A DNA stretch of 64,000 bases from Candidatus Woesearchaeota archaeon (GTDB taxonomy: Archaea > Nanobdellota > Nanobdellia > SCGC-AAA011-G17 > JAFCDX01), in assembly GCA_017609465.1 (NCBI GenBank), contig JAFCDX010000003.1, forward strand, positions 46,712 through 110,711. The letters are read 5' to 3'. Position numbers and translations under genes: made by a program. This document shows, piece by piece, positions 58,731-64,000 of the stretch. Below the pieces are notes generated by a model, which had not been told where the DNA came from, ran no database searches, and was given only the letters and a program-made list of their open reading frames with translations. Each line of letters begins with the position of its first letter. The first letter of the stretch is position 1.

Positions 58731-59930
58731 TTAAACTAAAAAAAGTAAAATTGGTTGAATTAAAAAATTAATTAAGTCAATTATATAAGGAAGTAAATTT
58801 ATAAAAATCAATAACAAAACTATAAAGCTTGTGAGAGTAAAAATTTTCTTTGTTATTTTCTCATCTTTAATAAATTTATTTAAACCTACCAAGAACATCC
58901 TACCACCGTCGACAGGACCCAAAGGTAGTAAGTTAAATAAACCAACACCTATACTTATTGCATATAACCAAAATAATAATCTTGTAAACCATAGGAAAAA
59001 ATTAGGAAAGAAATTTCCATATCTTTCCTTTACATCTTCTCTTATCTCTATATTTTTTGCTGTTACTATAATTCCAAGGTATCCTTCATTCTCATCATTG
59101 GGATGAACAGATGTTACAAGTGTATAATTTGAATTGTTTGTTTGTATATTTATTTTTTCCCCTGGAAGTATGTTGTTAAGTTGTTCTGTAAAATTATTTA
59201 TATTATTCACAACTACATTATTTATTGAAATTATCTCTTCCCCAATATTTATTCCTGCATTATCCGCGGGAAAACCCTCTTGTAAATCTATAATTTCAAT
59301 ACCTTCTCTATCAATCAATGTATTTGCAAAAGGATTCACTATTAACAAAGAGATTAAAAAAATTAAAATACCAGAAACTATATTTATGAAAGGGCCCGCG
59401 GACAAAACAGATAATTGTTGTGCCGCAGATTTTTTTGATAATTGTTTTTCATCTGGTTCAACGAACGCAGCAAGAATAGGGCCCAAGAAAGCAAAACCTG
59501 AAGACTTTATTTTTATTCCTGCAAGCCTAGCATAAACACCGTGCCAAAACTCATGTATGGTAGCTATAAATAATATCGCAATTATCCAATGCCAAAAAGA
59601 AAGCACAGGTAACCCTTTTATTTTTACTCCGGGCAATACAGGTGCAACAGAAGGCCTTGCACCTTCAACAAACAACAACTGATAAGTTCCCTGAATTAAA
59701 AAATAAAATATGAAGACCATACCAATATAACCAAAAAATATCCCAACATAACCAAAATACTTTAAAAATTTAGGATGTCTTTTAGCAATATCATCCATAA
59801 ACTTTAATCCCAGCTTTGTTTTATATAATGCAAAAACCTTATTTTGAATTTCAAATTTATCTCTATTTTTCAGAAAATAAATTAATAGAATACCATAAAA
59901 TACAAATATTAATATTAAATCTAAATTCAT
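58731..59930 (-). CDS. Site-2 protease (M50) with PDZ domain
   Basis: HEFWHG, AFVEPDE, AGP..N, PA..AG, NLLP..P.DGG. Confidence 0.93.
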   Translation of the reverse strand: MNLDLILIFVFYGILLIYFLKNRDKFEIQNKVFALYKTKLGLKFMDDIAKRHPKFLKYFGYVGIFFGYIGMVFIFYFLIQGTYQLLFVEGARPSVAPVLPGVKIKGLPVLSFWHWIIAILFIATIHEFWHGVYARLAGIKIKSSGFAFLGPILAAFVEPDEKQLSKKSAAQQLSVLSAGPFINIVSGILIFLISLLIVNPFANTLIDREGIEIIDLQEGFPADNAGINIGEEIISINNVVVNNINNFTEQLNNILPGEKINIQTNNSNYTLVTSVHPNDENEGYLGIIVTAKNIEIREDVKERYGNFFPNFFLWFTRLLFWLYAISIGVGLFNLLPLGPVDGGRMFLVGLNKFIKDEKITKKIFTLTSFIVLLLIFINLLPYIIDLINFLIQPILLFLV

Positions 59931-59950
59931 TCTACCTCTTTTTTAAAATT

Positions 59951-60112
59951 TTATTTCTTTCTTCTAGTTCTTAATGCCTTGCTTCCACATCTTCTACACT
60001 TTACTTTTCCAAGCAAAACTTTTTGTGGAGATGCCTTTATTTTTGTTTTGCATTTTCTGCAAATATAAACTCTCTTGAATAACCTGTCCATAGCTTCTTT
60101 AAATTTTGCCAT
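59951..60112 (-). CDS. rpl40e: 50S ribosomal protein eL40
   Basis: Hand translation MAKFKEAMDRLFKRVYICRKCK...KCRRCGSKALR; absent from the ORF track. Confidence 0.88.
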   Translation of the reverse strand: MAKFKEAMDRLFKRVYICRKCKTKIKASPQKVLLGKVKCRRCGSKALRTRRKK

Positions 60113-60113
60113 T

Positions 60114-60506
60114 TTATTTTACTTCCTTCATAACCTTGTCTTTCATTATTATCCAATAAACTATCTGAACCCCTTCTTTTACTTTTCCTTTTAATTCCTC
60201 TGGTATTTCAAGATCAAATGTTTCATAAGTTTCCATATCCATTACATTTACCTTGTCTCCTGTGATGGATAATACTTGCGCTGCTTTTTTCTCTATTATT
60301 GGAACCTCTATTTTATCGTGTGAGGGTCTTACAATCATTCTTTTGTTTCCATCAATTATCCCTACAGCCTCTATTTTATATTTAGCATGCCCGTGTTTTC
60401 CAGGTGAAGAAACATCAATTTTTTTTATCACACATGCAACATTATCAATAATAATATAATTTCCTACTTTTAAAGAACCAACACTTACTAATTTGATATC
60501 GCTCAT
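60114..60506 (-). CDS. eif5a: Translation factor aIF-5A
   Basis: S.PGKHGHAK hypusine motif; QVLS, MDMETYETF. Confidence 0.97.
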   Translation of the reverse strand: MSDIKLVSVGSLKVGNYIIIDNVACVIKKIDVSSPGKHGHAKYKIEAVGIIDGNKRMIVRPSHDKIEVPIIEKKAAQVLSITGDKVNVMDMETYETFDLEIPEELKGKVKEGVQIVYWIIMKDKVMKEVK

Positions 60507-60545
60507 AAGAACTTAAAAAAATAAAAACCTTATAAATGTTTTGTT

Positions 60546-60863
60546 TTATCTTTTCTTTTTTATTTTTTTAGAAGATTTTTTCTTGATGGTTTGTTTTGGT
60601 GTTGATTTCTTTAAAGATGACTGGTTTAATTTTCCTAAAGTATCTTTCAATGCCCTTTCTAAAACATTCATCCTAAGATTCATTTCAAATATCTGCCTTG
60701 ATAAGTTGGCTATCGATATCCATAATTGAGCATTAGAAGGATTTTTTGAACTTTCATATGCATTTTTTTGTTTATATGTTTCTCTTATTTGTAATTCTAA
60801 ATGCTTTCTTAAAGAATCCTCTAATTTCATTCTCCATTTGTTAGATTTCATAATATATTTCAA
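60546..60863 (-). CDS. Hypothetical protein with basic tail
   Basis: AY..S.NP..AQLW..IA; start uncertain. Confidence 0.65.
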   Translation of the reverse strand: MKYIMKSNKWRMKLEDSLRKHLELQIRETYKQKNAYESSKNPSNAQLWISIANLSRQIFEMNLRMNVLERALKDTLGKLNQSSLKKSTPKQTIKKKSSKKIKKKR

Positions 60864-60955
60864 ATATATAATCTATTTAAGTTTTTCTATTATAAAGTAG
60901 TTAAAGTTAAGTGGAAATAACAACTTTTATAAACAATATATAAAATAAAAAGAAA

Positions 60956-61621
60956 ATGGAAAAAATAAAGAAAGAAGATTTCATAGAAGTGGATTATGTT
61001 GGAAGAGTAAAAGATAATAATTCTATATTTGATATTACTAATGAAGAAAAAGCAAAAAAAGAAGGGATTTACAATGAAAATATGGAATATGGCCCTGTGG
61101 TTGTTTGTGTTGGTCAAAAAAATACAATAAAAGGACTTGATGAAAGTTTTGAGGGAAGAAATATAGGTGAGAAATATAATTTAGATATAAAACCAGAAGA
61201 TGGATTTGGTAAAAAAGATTCTAAATTAATAAAATTAGTTAATGCAAACATTTTCAAGGACAATGATATAAGGCCTGTTCCTGGATTAAGAGTTAATATC
61301 GATGGCACAATAGGGACAATAAGAACAGTATCTGGGGGGAGGATAAGTATAGATTTCAACCACCCTCTTGCCGGAAAAGAGCTTTTGTATGAAGTAACAA
61401 TAGTCAAGAAAGTCAATGATTCAAAAGAAAAAGTAAAAGCGTGTATGAAATTTGTTGGTTTGAAAGAAGATATGTTTGAAATAAAGAAAAGAGAGGGGGA
61501 TAAATTTGAAATAGATATAAAACAAAGTTTTCCAGACCAGTTAAAAAAGGCATTTGAATCAAAAATAAAAGAGCTTGTCCCTGAAATAAAGAGTATAGAA
61601 ATTAAAACCACTCAAGAATAA
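60956..61621 (+). CDS. FKBP-type peptidyl-prolyl isomerase (SlyD-like, long type)
   Basis: DY.GR, FD.T, I.GLD, PE.GFG, GR..IDFNHPLAGK.L. Confidence 0.93.
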   Translation: MEKIKKEDFIEVDYVGRVKDNNSIFDITNEEKAKKEGIYNENMEYGPVVVCVGQKNTIKGLDESFEGRNIGEKYNLDIKPEDGFGKKDSKLIKLVNANIFKDNDIRPVPGLRVNIDGTIGTIRTVSGGRISIDFNHPLAGKELLYEVTIVKKVNDSKEKVKACMKFVGLKEDMFEIKKREGDKFEIDIKQSFPDQLKKAFESKIKELVPEIKSIEIKTTQE

Positions 61622-61685
61622 GTAAAATTTAATGTATAGTTTAAATCAAAGATAAATTTATATATATTCATAGATTACAAAAAAC

Positions 61686-62780
61686 ATGAATCCTGAATTT
61701 GACATGCAAGAGAGTAATTCTATCTCACCATCACATAGTATGGATGAAGAATTAGAAAAATTAATACATAATCAAAAAGCCAAGATAAAAGTAATTGGTT
61801 GTGGTGGCGGTGGTGGAAATACATTAAGCAGAATTTCTGAAGTTGGTATTACTGGAGCAGAAACAATCGCTCTTAATACAGATGCTCAAGATTTATTATA
61901 TGCTAATGCAAATACTAAAGTATTGATTGGTAAAGAGCTAACTGGAGGTTTAGGTGCAGGAAGTATACCTCAAGTAGGTGAAGAAGCTGCGCATGAGAGT
62001 GAGCATGATATTAAAGAAAAACTCCAAGGTGCAGATATGGTATTTATAACATGTGGTCTTGGAGGGGGGACAGGGACAGGTTCAGCGCCTGTTGTAGCCG
62101 AGATAGCTAAAAAATTAGGAATTCTTACTGTGGGTATTGTCACAATTCCTTTTGCAATGGAAGGACAAAGAAGATATGAAAATGCAATTATTGGATTGGA
62201 AAAATTAGAAAATATTGTTGATACATTAATAGTTATACCAAACGACAAATTATTAGATTTGGCCCCAGATCTACCTTTAAACACAGCATTCAAGGTTGCT
62301 GATGAAATTCTTACAAACGCAGTTAAAGGTGTTGCTGAATTAATAACAAAAACAGGTTTGGTTAATCTTGATTTTGCTGATGTTAAGACAGTTATGGGAA
62401 ATGGAGGTGTTGCAGTAATTGGAGTAGGTGAATCTGATACTGACAATAGAGCTGTAGAAGCAGTTGATAAAGCTGTTCAAAACCCCTTGTTGGATGTTGA
62501 TATTGCAGGAGCAGAAGGAGCATTGATAAATGTAACTGGTGGTAATGATATGACTCTTGAAGAAGCACGTAAGGTTGTTGAAAGTGTCTCTGAAAAACTT
62601 GATGAAGATGCTAGAATAATATGGGGGGCCCAATTATCAGAAGATCTTGACAAAACAATAAGAGTATTATTGATAGTAACTGGAGTAAGCAGTCCTCAAA
62701 TATTTGGTCCAAGAAAAACAACTCTTGCCAAGAAGAAAAAAGACATGGGTAATGAACTTGGAATAGAATTCATAGATTAA
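61686..62780 (+). CDS. ftsZ: Cell division protein FtsZ
   Basis: G.GG.GGN, NTDAQ, GLGGGTGTG, NLDFADV. Confidence 0.98.
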   Translation: MNPEFDMQESNSISPSHSMDEELEKLIHNQKAKIKVIGCGGGGGNTLSRISEVGITGAETIALNTDAQDLLYANANTKVLIGKELTGGLGAGSIPQVGEEAAHESEHDIKEKLQGADMVFITCGLGGGTGTGSAPVVAEIAKKLGILTVGIVTIPFAMEGQRRYENAIIGLEKLENIVDTLIVIPNDKLLDLAPDLPLNTAFKVADEILTNAVKGVAELITKTGLVNLDFADVKTVMGNGGVAVIGVGESDTDNRAVEAVDKAVQNPLLDVDIAGAEGALINVTGGNDMTLEEARKVVESVSEKLDEDARIIWGAQLSEDLDKTIRVLLIVTGVSSPQIFGPRKTTLAKKKKDMGNELGIEFID

Positions 62781-62819
62781 AATAATAAACTTTTTAAATG
62801 GCTGTATTTCTTCTAAAAT

Positions 62820-63005
62820 ATGAAAATCAAAGGATATTTGGTTAAATTAAAATCATTTATACTAGAAAGCAAGAGAGTATGGAAAGTAACCAAAAAACCA
62901 ACAAAACCTGAATTTATAAGTATAATAAAAATTACAGGAATGGGTATATTAGCTATTGGAGCAATAGGATTTTTAATACATATGATTTGGCAAATAATAA
63001 AATGA
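62820..63005 (+). CDS. secE: SecE/Sec61-gamma
   Basis: RV...KKP...EF....KITG.G...IG.IGF. Confidence 0.92.
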   Translation: MKIKGYLVKLKSFILESKRVWKVTKKPTKPEFISIIKITGMGILAIGAIGFLIHMIWQIIK

Positions 63006-63457
63006 TATATATATTAAGAACAACTGCAAATAGGGAAGATCAAGTTATGGACTTTGTAGTCAGTAATGTAGAAAAGAAAAATCTTGAAGTTTATTCCATA
63101 ATAAAACCTCATGGTTTAAGAGGATATATCATAGTTGAAGCTAAATCAAAACAAGATGCTGAACAAGCATACAAAGGAGTTCCTTATGCAAAAGGGATAT
63201 TGCCAAAACCTCTGGATTATAGCGAAATCGAGCATATGCTTGAACAGGCAAAAGCAGAATTCAACATACAAAAGAATGATATTGTTGAAATAATTTCAGG
63301 TCCTTTCAAAAGAGAGAAAGCAAAGGTAAAAAATATTGACAAATCAAAAGAAGAAGTCATAGTTGAATTGCTTGAAGCAACAGTTCCAATTCCGATAACA
63401 GTAAAACTTGACTCTGTTAAAGTAATAAGGAGAGAAGGCGAAGAAGAAAATGAGTGA
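63002..63457 (+). CDS. spt5: Transcription elongation factor Spt5
   Basis: RT....E, GY..VEA, KOW D.VEI.SGPFK.E.A, ELLEA.VPIP.TV. Confidence 0.96.
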   Translation: MIYILRTTANREDQVMDFVVSNVEKKNLEVYSIIKPHGLRGYIIVEAKSKQDAEQAYKGVPYAKGILPKPLDYSEIEHMLEQAKAEFNIQKNDIVEIISGPFKREKAKVKNIDKSKEEVIVELLEATVPIPITVKLDSVKVIRREGEEENE

Positions 63458-64000
63458 GAAAATAAAAGTTATGGTTGAAGGAGGAAAAGCAGGAGTTAAT
63501 CCAAAGATGGCCCAGGCTTTAGGACCTATGGGAATTAATATAGGGGAAGTTGCAAATAAAATAGGAGAAAAAACTTCTGAATTCAAAGGTATAGAAGTTC
63601 CGGTTACTGTAGAAATTCATAAAGACAAATCTTATGACATAATAGTTGGAACCCCCCCTGCATCACAATTAATAAAAGTAGAATTAAACATAAAAAAGGG
63701 TTCTGGAATCCCAAACAAGGATTTTGTTGGAAATCTTGCTATTGAAGATATAATAAAAATAGCAAAGATGAAAGAATCTTCTCTTTATGTTAATAATTTA
63801 AAAGCTGCAATTAATACAATATTGGGGACCTGCGATCAAATGGGGGTTTTGGTTGAAAGCAAAGATCCAAAAGAAATTATAAATGATGTTAAAAAGGGAA
63901 TTTATGATTCTGTAATTAATTCTGGAAACACTGAAGTAAATAATGAAAAAAGAGATCAATTAAAAGAAGATTTAGAAAATCAAAAAGCAAAATTTAAAGC
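63450..64000 (+). CDS. rpl11: Ribosomal protein uL11 (runs off the window end)
   Basis: Hand translation MSEKIKVMVEGGKA...ALGPMGINIG...GIEVPV.V..VGTPPAS.LIK; no stop before 64000. Confidence 0.93.
   Translation, partial: MSEKIKVMVEGGKAGVNPKMAQALGPMGINIGEVANKIGEKTSEFKGIEVPVTVEIHKDKSYDIIVGTPPASQLIKVELNIKKGSGIPNKDFVGNLAIEDIIKIAKMKESSLYVNNLKAAINTILGTCDQMGVLVESKDPKEIINDVKKGIYDSVINSGNTEVNNEKRDQLKEDLENQKAKFK

Overview
AT-rich window from a DPANN-type archaeon (Woesearchaeota/Pacearchaeota-like). The assignment rests on archaeal informational genes (RadA, aEF1B, aIF2a, aIF5A, TFE, Spt5, histone, GINS, Cdc6, eL15/eL40/eL42/eS27, P0/P1), a pacearchaeosortase-like gene and a minimal fermentative set (POR, ACD, iPGM). 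Four tRNAs are present; no rRNA or CRISPR array was seen. The main observation is two related IS6-like (SWIM/Zn-ribbon/DDE) elements, each preceded by a different secreted-protein gene. The complete copy (54195-57594) has 12-bp terminal inverted repeats and an 8-bp target duplication, and encloses a wHTH regulator, a secreted protein, a 45-aa ORF and a decayed transposase. Both copies end at the same register of a conserved ~63-bp sequence lying outside the right inverted repeat. This suggests a cargo-swapping, site-preferring transposon family that carries surface-protein genes. Also notable: a membrane-anchored lytic transglycosylase in an archaeon, a prepilin-peptidase-linked cluster of surface proteins, a Lys-rich-tailed TFE, candidate uL1 and eL15 leader RNAs, and a surface-protein gene split by one in-frame stop. 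All family calls come from motif recognition by eye, not database searches.
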